DNA from: Promethearchaeota archaeon
GTDB taxonomy: Archaea > Asgardarchaeota > Lokiarchaeia > Sigyniarchaeales > SOKP01
NCBI GenBank assembly: GCA_048941265.1
Contig: JBHLNT010000063.1
Coordinates: 4,482 to 22,911 of the forward strand
Reading direction: 5' to 3'
DNA length: 18,430 nt
In this document: positions 1 to 8,846 of the stretch, one piece after another
Position numbering within the stretch: the first letter of the stretch is position 1
Layout: every line of letters starts with the position of its first letter
Position numbers and translations under genes: made by a program
Notes under the pieces: generated by a model
Database searches by the model: none
What the model was told of the DNA's origin: nothing
Seen by the model: the letters and a program-made list of their open reading frames with translations, nothing else

Positions 1-1088
1 TTTGTTGTCCATAATTTTTTATAAGCTTTTTGTCCGTTAAAAGCAACTTCTAGTAATTTTTCTTGATCGTTTAAAGCATTCTTTATTTCGAATCCCCAAT
101 CTTCAATATTCCAGGAAATAGGGATGTAAGTCTCATCTTTTTTGTATAGATCTGGCCAGGTAACTAAATGATCAATATTGGGTTTAATTAACGCAGCACC
201 GGCTATAAAAGCTTCAAAATCACGATAGCATATCTCACCCCATCCAAAGGGACTAATAACAGCATGTGACTGTCTTTGAGTCCATAGATATTTTTTTTTT
301 GGTATTTTACCGATTGAAATTCTTGGATTTGACTCAAAATTTGCTATGAGAACATCTAAAAGTTTTTTTCTTTGAAAATATATTAACTCATCCGGATTTC
401 TAATTGTATAATTAGCAGATAATTTATATTTACGGTTTATATTAGGTTCATGCAAATGAACTTTGTAATTCTTAGTAAAAGAGTATAAAAATTTTTTAAA
501 TCTATTCGTTGATCGATAATCTCTCAAAGCGAAATTCCAAGATAATGAGATTTTATTAAGCTCGTTTTTATTTAATGTATATCCACTTGGTAGTCCATCA
601 TAATTGTTAAATAAATACGTATTTGCATAAAAATCAGAGTAGAGCCTTTTTCTAATTAATTTCTTAGAATATAATGAGAAATCTTTTAATAATTGCTTTT
701 TTAAAAAACGATCTACATAAGATAATAAATAAAAATGATTTGAAGCTGTACTATCCCCATTATCAAAAAAAATTAGAAAATCAACTTTTTCTCTCAATGA
801 TTTGACAAAAGGTAACATTTCTTGTTTAATAGCACTCTCTAAGCCCTGATATCCTGCTTGAATGTCTCGAACAATAGCACTATCAATTGCTACGATATTA
901 GATAATTTCTTTTTTTTATAATTGAAGTAATTGATAAATCTAATATTAATATTATAATTTTTTAAATATTTGGAATTGATCCAGACAGGAAACCAATTTT
1001 CTAACCAATTAGGAAAAGCCTTAAGTTGATAATTTCGAAATCTTGGTGTTTTTATAACAGATGGTATTATGATATCAACATTTATCAC
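1..1088 (-). CDS. Putative GT-B glycosyltransferase (Glyco_trans_1_2/YkvP-CgeB-like C-terminal domain), 3'-truncated by the window edge
   Basis: Not in the ORF track. Manual translation from GTG at 1088 (nearest upstream in-frame stop TGA at 1160-1158) stays open to base 1, about 362 codons: MINVDIIIPS...FFDNGDSTAS...KKQLLKD...SWNFAL...VISPFGWGEICYRDFEAFIAGAALIKPNIDHLVTWPDLYKKDETYIPISWN...LLEVAFNGQKAY. The R-x-F-E-A-x-x-x-G-x-x-L-I and late 'A.NGQ' pattern is typical of GT-B donor-binding C-terminal domains. Confidence 0.8.
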   Translation of the reverse strand, partial: MINVDIIIPSVIKTPRFRNYQLKAFPNWLENWFPVWINSKYLKNYNINIRFINYFNYKKKKLSNIVAIDSAIVRDIQAGYQGLESAIKQEMLPFVKSLREKVDFLIFFDNGDSTASNHFYLLSYVDRFLKKQLLKDFSLYSKKLIRKRLYSDFYANTYLFNNYDGLPSGYTLNKNELNKISLSWNFALRDYRSTNRFKKFLYSFTKNYKVHLHEPNINRKYKLSANYTIRNPDELIYFQRKKLLDVLIANFESNPRISIGKIPKKKYLWTQRQSHAVISPFGWGEICYRDFEAFIAGAALIKPNIDHLVTWPDLYKKDETYIPISWNIEDWGFEIKNALNDQEKLLEVAFNGQKAYKKLWTT

Positions 1089-1274
1089 TCGAAAAACCTT
1101 ACATGAGTGTGAATTATGAATATTGGTTAAAAAATCTTGTTTAACTAAATATTTCTTTCATTTAATATTTTTCTTTGAAACTTATTATATAGAGATTTAT
1201 TAAAAAATCTTTAAAATTAAATTTTATTAATATTTTTAACTAAAAATATGAATTATTAGCATTAAAGGAAAAAA

Positions 1275-2543
1275 TTGAGATTATTATATATCGATCATAA
1301 TTTTGACGTAACAAGTATAGGAGGCGCATTTAAAAGTAGTTATGCTATAATCAGCGAATTTTCTAAGAATTCTGAGAATAAAATCTTAGTTTTAGCAGAA
1401 AATACAATGAATATTAGCCAGAAAAACCTTGAAATAAGGCAATTACCCCTAATTTTGAGGATGCCATCAAGAAAGTTAAATTATTTTATAAATTTGTTGA
1501 AATTTAATATATATCTGAATTTTTTTACAATTTTAAGATCAATCAAGAAATTTAAGCCAGATTTTATCATTGTACAAAGAGAACTTTCACTACCAACAAT
1601 TTTAGCGGGATTTTTTAAGAAAGTTCCAGTTGTAAATATTATTAGAGATGCAATGTGGTTTTGTCCTAAATATATTGATATTAGAAAAGGATTTGAGAAT
1701 TGTGATGAAAAAGTCTCTAGAAATGTTTGCTGGAATTGCATCAATCGATGGAGAACTTTCAGGATTGCTCTTTTAGATAAACCTAAAGGTTCAGAACATT
1801 CTTTACAAGCGATTTTTTCCACTATTTATTACAAAATTAATTATTATATTACAAGGGTTTATTTCTTTCTGTGCAAATTGGCTCACTTAAACATTGTTGC
1901 CTCTCCCTTAATGAAAAAAATAATATTGAAAAGAAATGGAAGAATTCAAATTCTAATTAGAGATATAACCCCTATAGATGATTCTAAATTCCAGATAAAA
2001 ACGGATAAACTTAATAAATACGCTATTGAGAGAATTGAAAATGCTCATAAAATTATTCTTTTCGTTATCCCTAGAAATGAAGGGGGTAGTAAAGGATATC
2101 CCTTTGTTAATATACTGCTTAAAAAGTTGCCGAAAGAGATTTTAGTAGTAGTTGTCGGCGCCGAATTAAAAGATTTAAGTACTTATTCTAATGTTCTTAA
2201 CTTAAGTAAAATGCCAACCAGTAATCTTTATTATTTGTATAGAAAAGCAAATATTACCATCGTTCCATCAATATATACTGAAGCATTTGGGAGAGTGGTG
2301 CTAGAAAGCATTATAAATGGAACACCAGTAATTACATCTCCTCAGTGTGGTGCTAATTACGTGTTTAGAAATAAACCCTATGTAAAAGTTATACCCTTAA
2401 AAACTGAATTTTGGATTAAAGAAATTAATAATTTAATAAATAAACCAATTCAAATACAAGAAAAGGAGATTACATGCTTAGAAAGAAGATTTTCACCTCA
2501 AAAATGCGCAAAGGGTATTTTAGATATTTTGATTACATTCTAA
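1275..2543 (+). CDS. Glycosyltransferase family 4 (GT-B, retaining) with Cys-rich insert
   Basis: N-terminal 'GGA' loop (SIGGAFKS), 'FKPDFIIVQ', C-terminal GT4 signature KG...VPSIYTEAFGRVVLESIINGTPVITS (E-x7-E). TTG start. Confidence 0.9.
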   Translation: MRLLYIDHNFDVTSIGGAFKSSYAIISEFSKNSENKILVLAENTMNISQKNLEIRQLPLILRMPSRKLNYFINLLKFNIYLNFFTILRSIKKFKPDFIIVQRELSLPTILAGFFKKVPVVNIIRDAMWFCPKYIDIRKGFENCDEKVSRNVCWNCINRWRTFRIALLDKPKGSEHSLQAIFSTIYYKINYYITRVYFFLCKLAHLNIVASPLMKKIILKRNGRIQILIRDITPIDDSKFQIKTDKLNKYAIERIENAHKIILFVIPRNEGGSKGYPFVNILLKKLPKEILVVVVGAELKDLSTYSNVLNLSKMPTSNLYYLYRKANITIVPSIYTEAFGRVVLESIINGTPVITSPQCGANYVFRNKPYVKVIPLKTEFWIKEINNLINKPIQIQEKEITCLERRFSPQKCAKGILDILITF

Positions 2544-2578
2544 TGATCAATATTGCTTCATCTCAGTGAGAATTTACA

Positions 2579-3223
2579 TTAGATTAGTTTCATGAGTAAG
2601 AGCATTTTTAAAATCATTCCTTTTAAGAAAAATCCTTTTCTTAGTAATAAATTCGTTCTTGACTTCATTAATTCTTTATATTTGCGTTTATATTCAGAAT
2701 AATTTTCTAAATTGTATCCCCTAAGAAGCTCTTTTTCACAATTTCTATATTTAAAAAATTTCCATGGCTTTTTTAGAATATGCATGTTTAGACTAATTTT
2801 TATTGTAACTAAATCATGCATGGTTGTCCGTTCGTTAAAGAAAGGAACATCTACTAATACAAATTTTCCATTAGTATATAGGATATCTGTTAAATCTATA
2901 TGACCATGTATAAAACCTTTGTCATGAAATTTTTTAAGTTTTTTACCAAAAATATAGTATAGTTTTGGATTTAGTATATCTTTCAGACTTTTTCCATCAA
3001 CATATCTAGTTATGAGGGATTCTTTTTCTTCAGAATAATCAATAGGTTCAACTAATTGGAGGTCTTCAATATTTAATTTATTCCAATAATTTTTGAGATT
3101 TTCATACTCTTTTAAAATCCACTCTCTGCCACCTTTACATGTTTTTATGAAGTATTTCTTATCTTTAGTAATCCTATAAGAGAAGTTTCCTCCAAGAAAG
3201 ATACCTTTAACCTTTTTTGTCAT
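2579..3223 (-). CDS. Protein-kinase-like fold protein (Kdo/WaaP/RIO/Bud32-like small kinase) with atypical catalytic loop
   Basis: Gly-rich start (FLGGNFSY), beta3 Lys (YFIK), alphaC Glu (KEYENL), hinge LITRYVDG, 'LKKFHDKGFIHGHIDLTDILY' and 'FVLVD' align with the kinase-like consensus LxxLHxxGxxHGDLxxxNIL...LID. Confidence 0.7.
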   Translation of the reverse strand: MTKKVKGIFLGGNFSYRITKDKKYFIKTCKGGREWILKEYENLKNYWNKLNIEDLQLVEPIDYSEEKESLITRYVDGKSLKDILNPKLYYIFGKKLKKFHDKGFIHGHIDLTDILYTNGKFVLVDVPFFNERTTMHDLVTIKISLNMHILKKPWKFFKYRNCEKELLRGYNLENYSEYKRKYKELMKSRTNLLLRKGFFLKGMILKMLLLMKLI

Positions 3224-3371
3224 GATTTAATTATTTTTTCAACTTAGAATTAATTTTTCTGTTATCAATACGAATTTAATAGGTATCATTAGCTTGAAAA
3301 TTAATTATATTTAATGAATTAAAGGAAAAAAAGATTGGAGTAAAATTAAATTTAATTCGTTGATTATTTTA

Positions 3372-5396
3372 TTAAGTTTTAAAAAATAAATAATGAGGAT
3401 TTTCATATAAAATATCCTCTTCCTCATCAATTTTATCCAAGCAAGAATGTTGCGTTTCTAACTTATAGACTAAAACAAAATCAGCATTCTTTTCTAATGT
3501 TGCATTTATTAACTCTGCGTAACTCATATCATCAAATTCTATGTACTCCTTTTTACAATCCTTATGATAGATTAAGCGATAAATGACTTTTGGGTCCACA
3601 TTATCTGGAAGAATAATTGTTTTATCTCTAATATCTTTTTCATCGAAATAATCTCCTATATATAACAGAGCGTCCGTTAAATAATCGTCCTTATAATCAC
3701 TTGTATAAATGACATTATATTGAAGATACAGATGAGTAGAGTATATAGATGCTCCAACTATGATTAATAAAATAAAATAGAATCGATCTAGCTTTTTACT
3801 TATTTTAGCGGTTATTTGGTCTACAGTAATTTTATATCCTCTTAAATTTTTTAGTCGTTTCTCTTTAAAATAACTAAAAATTGTAATATAACCGAAAACA
3901 AAAAGTAAAGCCCACACTGGAGAGTATAGTTCAAATAATCTTTTTCCATACTGATTTATAAAACTGGCAATCGATAAAACTGTGTTATTATCAATCACAA
4001 ATAAAAATGAATTCGTTAAAAATAAGAGAAATGTAAGTAAAAAACTAAACTTTATAAAATTTATTAAGTAATCATTACTTTCAGATTTGCCTTGATACTT
4101 ATAAAATAAACCTAATACAAGAAAAATAAAACCCCAATTTAGTGTCTTGTTGATTGGAATATCTAAACCAAAAAATATTAAATTAAACAAGAAATTTGAT
4201 CTCGAAGGTTTTAGGCTAATTAAAAGCAATTTATTCCATTCGGAAATAGCATGAATCTTAATGAATATAACAGCTTTTGCTTGATAACCTCGATACAAAT
4301 ACCGTGTAAAATTTTCGTAAAAATGCTTACCACTCATTAAAAGATTAATAAAATAAGGAATGGTGACAATTGCTGAAATTAAGAAGTAAATACCGTTTTT
4401 AATAATAAAATATTTAATTCTTTCAGTTGATTTATGACTTTTTATACTAAAATTTTCCTTTAGAACATTAATTAATATCAATACATCATATATGATAAGA
4501 TACCCAAATAAGAAAAGAAAATAGAGAAGATGACTTAAAAATATCCCTCCTAGTAAAAGACCTCTGATAAAAAAATATCTCATATTTTCATTTTGAATCA
4601 GTGTATTTAGTAATATAATACCTAATGTTGTTGCAAGGATAGATGGAACAGCAAATGAAAATCGATATAGTAAAGAATTAAAACTTAAAAGCACAACTAA
4701 TGTTATGAAAATTTCAAGATTCTTCTTAAAATAATAAGAAGCGATATTATAAATAGCTAAAATTATTATAGAGAAAAAAAAGATCGCAACATATTTTATG
4801 AAGAAATACTGTAAGTAGAAATCATTTATAATTAATAAAGCCGCAGCAATGAAAATAGCAAAACCAATACCATGAACAGTGTAATTTTCATAATCTAAAT
4901 CACCATATTTATGCAAATATGAAATTACGTCAAACCATATATAAGCATCTTCAGATGGTAGACATAAATTAGTTTCAATCACTCCTTCAACGAGTATTAA
5001 GAGCAAGAACACAAAAAGGAGCATAATTATTTTCAATTGAATATGTTTGTTTGTTAAAAAACCATATAACTTATTATAGGTTTTGATGAGGATATTTTTT
5101 ATCGAAGTTTGTGATTTAAAATATAAATATATTAAACACATTGAATCAAATAATATAAGTGGTAAATAAGCTGTAAAAAAATTAAATATTCTTAAGAAAT
5201 CTATAATGAAATATGAATAAAATATAAAAACCACGGTCCCTAATCCAAAAGATTCTAAAATAATTGACAAATTAATCCTTATTTGTTTAAACTTTTTAAA
5301 AAAGATGTATTGAATGAAATATCCAAAAAGTGTAATTATGAATGCAAAGAAAAAAAAAATAATACTGGATATCAGAAAATAAAGAAAATGAAACAT
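3372..5396 (-). CDS. Large polytopic membrane protein, probable GT-C-fold (lipid-phosphate-sugar dependent) glycosyltransferase-like
   Basis: More than a dozen hydrophobic segments; acidic motif in an early external loop (LPSEDAYIW) followed by Y-x-x-H-G-x-G; 'LFLSHLLY' membrane His motif; soluble acidic C-terminal domain ending 'ILYENPHYLFFK'. Architecture resembles GT-C enzymes; family assignment is inference. Confidence 0.5.
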   Translation of the reverse strand: MFHFLYFLISSIIFFFFAFIITLFGYFIQYIFFKKFKQIRINLSIILESFGLGTVVFIFYSYFIIDFLRIFNFFTAYLPLILFDSMCLIYLYFKSQTSIKNILIKTYNKLYGFLTNKHIQLKIIMLLFVFLLLILVEGVIETNLCLPSEDAYIWFDVISYLHKYGDLDYENYTVHGIGFAIFIAAALLIINDFYLQYFFIKYVAIFFFSIIILAIYNIASYYFKKNLEIFITLVVLLSFNSLLYRFSFAVPSILATTLGIILLNTLIQNENMRYFFIRGLLLGGIFLSHLLYFLFLFGYLIIYDVLILINVLKENFSIKSHKSTERIKYFIIKNGIYFLISAIVTIPYFINLLMSGKHFYENFTRYLYRGYQAKAVIFIKIHAISEWNKLLLISLKPSRSNFLFNLIFFGLDIPINKTLNWGFIFLVLGLFYKYQGKSESNDYLINFIKFSFLLTFLLFLTNSFLFVIDNNTVLSIASFINQYGKRLFELYSPVWALLFVFGYITIFSYFKEKRLKNLRGYKITVDQITAKISKKLDRFYFILLIIVGASIYSTHLYLQYNVIYTSDYKDDYLTDALLYIGDYFDEKDIRDKTIILPDNVDPKVIYRLIYHKDCKKEYIEFDDMSYAELINATLEKNADFVLVYKLETQHSCLDKIDEEEDILYENPHYLFFKT

Positions 5397-5444
5397 ATTT
5401 TATTTTTTCTCTTATTTTATATTTTATAAAAGTATTTAAAATTT

Positions 5445-6281
5445 TTAATATCCTACTAAACCATATTTTTTATAGAAATAATTAAAAAATTTAACACTCA
5501 ACATAGGGGTAATTGAGGAGAATAATATAATAACATAAAAATGTATTAGATATTTAGAATTAAAAATTATAGTTTCAGAGCCCAAAACTAACGATACTCT
5601 CATAATATCCCAATAATAATAGAATGGATTAAAAATTATTAGATATTGAAATTCGTCAGGAAAAAACTCTCTTGGATATTTAATACAGCTAAAGATTAAA
5701 AATAAATTTACAATAAGAAAAAACATGCGAAATCCTCCTTCTACGGACAATCTAAATGATCCGATTATTAAACCAATAGAAGAAATGAATATAGCTGAGA
5801 GAAAATAAACTGTTATAACTAAAATAATCGTTAATAATGAAGCTTCAGCAATAATTAAACAAGAAGCAATTACAAAAGAAAGAGGTATTATGAAAATAAA
5901 CAATTCTGACAACAATTTACTTACTAAAATATTATAAAAATTAATAGGAGAAAGAAATAGCACTGGTAAAGTTTTCCAATATTTCTCTTCTAAAAGACTT
6001 TTAGAATAAGTGACTAAAAGATTGGTTAATGCCATAATGAATATTCCTGTAAGTATAAATAGTATATAATTTTCGGGCGTCCATATTCCAAAGGATTCAT
6101 TTCCTATGGAATCAAATATTTTCCTGAAAATAAGAAACGGTACTATAAATGTTGTAAAAGGGGTAACAATAGCAAATGCAAATTTTGCTTTATATCTCGA
6201 TTTTAATTTAATATCTTTTATAACAAGTGCTCCTAATTGATAAAATTGTATTTTAATTAGTTTTAATATTCTCAAATTCAT
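5445..6281 (-). CDS. ABC-2 type transporter permease (paralog A)
   Basis: About six TM segments; 'KDIKLKSRYK', 'EEKYWKTLPVLFLSPI' (E-x-x-x-x-T-L-x-x-x-x-x-x-P ABC-2 motif), 'YPREFFP...IFNPFYYYWDIMR'. Confidence 0.88.
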   Translation of the reverse strand: MNLRILKLIKIQFYQLGALVIKDIKLKSRYKAKFAFAIVTPFTTFIVPFLIFRKIFDSIGNESFGIWTPENYILFILTGIFIMALTNLLVTYSKSLLEEKYWKTLPVLFLSPINFYNILVSKLLSELFIFIIPLSFVIASCLIIAEASLLTIILVITVYFLSAIFISSIGLIIGSFRLSVEGGFRMFFLIVNLFLIFSCIKYPREFFPDEFQYLIIFNPFYYYWDIMRVSLVLGSETIIFNSKYLIHFYVIILFSSITPMLSVKFFNYFYKKYGLVGY

Positions 6282-6306
6282 TTTAAAAAATATAAATGTT
6301 AATAGA

Positions 6307-6321
6307 TTTTAATAATTTTTT
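6307..6321 (-). promoter_or_regulatory. Candidate archaeal BRE/TATA promoter for permease A
   Basis: Minus strand reads AAAAAATTATTAAAA, 26-40 nt upstream of ATG 6281; mirrors the element on the opposite strand. Confidence 0.35.
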
Positions 6322-6405
6322 ACTTCCTCTACTGATAAGTATTCTTTTCTAATATTGAAAAAAAATCAGATTTAATCTTGAAAAAACAAAAATTAATTGA
6401 ATGTT

Positions 6406-6419
6406 AAAAAATTTATATT
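6406..6419 (+). promoter_or_regulatory. Candidate archaeal BRE/TATA promoter for permease B-ATPase-deacetylase unit
   Basis: AAAAAATTTATATT (purine run then TTTATA) 36-49 nt upstream of ATG 6455. The AT-rich background limits specificity. Confidence 0.4.
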
Positions 6420-6454
6420 TCGTAAAAAAGCGTATAATAAACGAATAAGTTGAG

Positions 6455-7288
6455 ATGCTAGAAAAAAAGAATATAATTGCAAATTTAATTCAAATTTACT
6501 CCTTGACCATAAAAGACATTAAGTTAAAAACTAGATATAAAATTGAATTTATTTCAGAATTTATTGCTCCACTTCTCACATTATTTTTTCCGTTTATAAT
6601 CTTTAATAAATTATTTAACCTCGATAAGAATTTTTTTGGGACCTACTATTCTAAACAGAATTTTTTATTATTCATTTTACTTGGATATTGCGTAACTTGT
6701 CTGATTTTTCTATTATGGAATTATAAAGATCTTTTTTATGATGAAAAAACTTGGAAAACATTAAACGCAATAATTATAGCACCTGTTCGAAGAATTAATA
6801 TCCTTATTGGATATCTATTATCTGGAATAATTGCAAAGCTAGTTCCAATTAGTTTTATCATTGTAATTTGTTATTTGCTTTTTCCTATCCCATTAATTAA
6901 TCTATTTTATGTGTGCATTGTATTATTATGTCTTTCTATTACATTTGCCGGAATTGGATTTATGTTAGGTGTTTTTGAAATAGTTAATGAAGATATTTCA
7001 GCAACGCTAGCTGTTGGAGTGAGTTTTATTTCTTTAGTAAGTTGTTTATATTTTCCGATAACAATTTTTCCCAGCAGTATTCAATTTTTAATTCTAATGA
7101 ATCCCTTGTACTATTATTTTGATTTATTAAGATTATCATGGTGGGCAGGTATCAATTCAAATGAAGCATTGAGGTATATTACAATTTATCACATCATCTT
7201 TGTATCTGTATGCACGGTACTTTCACCATTATTTGGATCTTATTTATTTTTGAGAATTTATAAGAAATATGGAACTTCGGGGTATTAA
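6455..7288 (+). CDS. ABC-2 type transporter permease (paralog B)
   Basis: About six TM segments; 'KDIKLKTRYK', 'DEKTWKTLNAIIIAPV', 'FPITIFP...LMNPLYYYFDLLR'; 3 nt upstream of the ABC ATPase. Confidence 0.9.
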   Translation: MLEKKNIIANLIQIYSLTIKDIKLKTRYKIEFISEFIAPLLTLFFPFIIFNKLFNLDKNFFGTYYSKQNFLLFILLGYCVTCLIFLLWNYKDLFYDEKTWKTLNAIIIAPVRRINILIGYLLSGIIAKLVPISFIIVICYLLFPIPLINLFYVCIVLLCLSITFAGIGFMLGVFEIVNEDISATLAVGVSFISLVSCLYFPITIFPSSIQFLILMNPLYYYFDLLRLSWWAGINSNEALRYITIYHIIFVSVCTVLSPLFGSYLFLRIYKKYGTSGY

Positions 7289-7291
7289 GTA

Positions 7292-8218
7292 ATGGAAAAT
7301 ACAGTTATTGAGACATTTAATTTGATAAAGGAATATAAATTAAAGGCTGGCGGTAAAATAAGAGCATTAAATAATATCAATATTTCAATACAAGAAGGAG
7401 AAATCTTTGGTTTATTAGGACCTAATGGTGCTGGAAAAACAACCCTAGTTTCAATTTTATCTACCTTATTACAGCCCACAAGCGGATATGCTAAAATCTT
7501 TGGATTAGATATTCGGAAAAATATAAACGCTAGAAAAATTAAAAGCCGAATTGGGCTAATGTTAGGAGATGAAATGGTATATCATCGAATGACAGGATTA
7601 GATAATTTGAAATTTTTTGCTAGACTTTACCGAATTGCTGACTATAAAAAAAAAATAAACAGTATTACATCTAAACTTGGAATAAATGATAAATTAAGTG
7701 AATATGTCTCGAATTTTTCACGAGGTCAAAAATTAAGACTTGCTCTTTCGAGGATTTTGTTAATAGAACCAGATATATTATTCTTAGACGAACCTTTATT
7801 AGGATTAGATCCAAAAACTACCAGAGAACTGATTTCTATACTACTAGGATTAAATAAAACGATGCTCTTGACTTCCCATCAGATGCAAATTGTTGAGCAA
7901 TTATGTGGGCGAATAGCATTCTTGAATAACGGAAATGTAATAAAAATTGACTCCCAACAGAACTACATAAAACTTCTTTCAGAATTTATTAGAATTCGAT
8001 TTGATATCTATGATAATGACAAAAAAAGGGAATTAAAAAAAGAGCTTGATAGTCTAAATTATATTCGTTCTATATCTGAAAACGCAAATGGATTAATTGT
8101 TTCAATATTAGATAATAAATTTTATCCTAATCTTTTAACATGTTTAGGGAAATATCCTGTTCGAAAAATTATGGAAATTGAACCAACATTAGAGGATGTT
8201 TTTGTAGCTTTAACTTAA
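7292..8218 (+). CDS. ABC transporter ATP-binding protein (ABC-2/DrrA-NatA-like exporter)
   Basis: Walker A GPNGAGKT, signature variant FSRGQ, Walker B ILFLDEP, D-loop GLDP, H-loop TSH, and C-terminal EPTLEDVF motif typical of DrrA-like ATPases. Confidence 0.95.
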   Translation: MENTVIETFNLIKEYKLKAGGKIRALNNINISIQEGEIFGLLGPNGAGKTTLVSILSTLLQPTSGYAKIFGLDIRKNINARKIKSRIGLMLGDEMVYHRMTGLDNLKFFARLYRIADYKKKINSITSKLGINDKLSEYVSNFSRGQKLRLALSRILLIEPDILFLDEPLLGLDPKTTRELISILLGLNKTMLLTSHQMQIVEQLCGRIAFLNNGNVIKIDSQQNYIKLLSEFIRIRFDIYDNDKKRELKKELDSLNYIRSISENANGLIVSILDNKFYPNLLTCLGKYPVRKIMEIEPTLEDVFVALT

Positions 8219-8266
8219 TCAAAATTAGAAAAATTTGTAACAAGAAAAAAGAGAAGGAATAATAAT

Positions 8267-8827
8267 ATGAGGCTTAAAAACCTGTATACAAAAATAATTC
8301 GTAGAATAATAAAAGAAAATGAAAAAACGATTCATGTAGAAGCTTTTATTAGAGAAGACGTATGGAATAATCTCAAGAAATTAATTGGAAATCAATATAC
8401 TTGGTTTATCACAACTCCAGCTAATTATGATTATTGTAGATGTTATTTCAACTTAAAAGTGACCAAGGAAGAATTTACAAATATTTTAAAGAATCGAATA
8501 GGATTTTTAAAGGACCACAATGAAGAAATTCAATTGCACCTTCACTTGTGTAATGTAAAGAATTTTTTAGATAAAGATTTACAAGATGAGAAATTTGAAG
8601 AAGCAATGATGTTCATGCATGATGTGGCAGTTAAACCGATAAAATTTGCTCCAGGATGGAATGCTTATGATGATTATACTTTGAAATTAGTTAAGAAATA
8701 TGGATTTAAGTATTTATATGTTTATACGAAAGAGCCTCTTGACTTAAACAGACCTCACATTAAAAATGGGCTAATCATAAAATATTATAGTAAATTCTGG
8801 CATGACTATGATTTTATCAAAAATTAA
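8267..8827 (+). CDS. Polysaccharide deacetylase-like (CE4/NodB-fold, DUF2334-like) protein
   Basis: 'EEIQLHLH' matches the (G)HEIxxHxH metal motif; 'FAPGWNAYDDYTLKLVKKYGFKY' matches FxPPx...L...GfxY; C-terminal 'WHDYD'. Motif 1 (TFDD) appears as 'TIHVE'. Confidence 0.6.
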   Translation: MRLKNLYTKIIRRIIKENEKTIHVEAFIREDVWNNLKKLIGNQYTWFITTPANYDYCRCYFNLKVTKEEFTNILKNRIGFLKDHNEEIQLHLHLCNVKNFLDKDLQDEKFEEAMMFMHDVAVKPIKFAPGWNAYDDYTLKLVKKYGFKYLYVYTKEPLDLNRPHIKNGLIIKYYSKFWHDYDFIKN

Positions 8828-8846
8828 AGGGGTATAAAACAAATTA

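Noticed and set aside
1481-1822. 113-aa minus-strand ORF
   Set aside because: Antisense shadow fully inside the well-supported GT4 gene; no recognisable motif.
2712-2903. 63-aa plus-strand ORF
   Set aside because: Antisense to the kinase-like gene, short, TTG start, no motif.
1261-3331. 14-nt direct repeat ATTAAAGGAAAAAA at 1261-1274 and 3318-3331
   Set aside because: Low complexity; no transposase or terminal inverted repeats, so a target-site duplication is not supported.
6288-6420. 10-nt inverted repeat AAATATAAAT / ATTTATATTT in the permease spacer as an invertible promoter
   Set aside because: Pure A/T, short, and no recombinase nearby; chance or TATA-like sequence is sufficient.
6433-6438. 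Bacterial -10 box TATAAT upstream of 6455
   Set aside because: No -35 element at the proper spacing, and the hexamer is common in AT-rich DNA.
7285-7479. 64-aa minus-strand ORF
   Set aside because: Typical antisense read of an ABC Walker A region (VVFPAPLGP).
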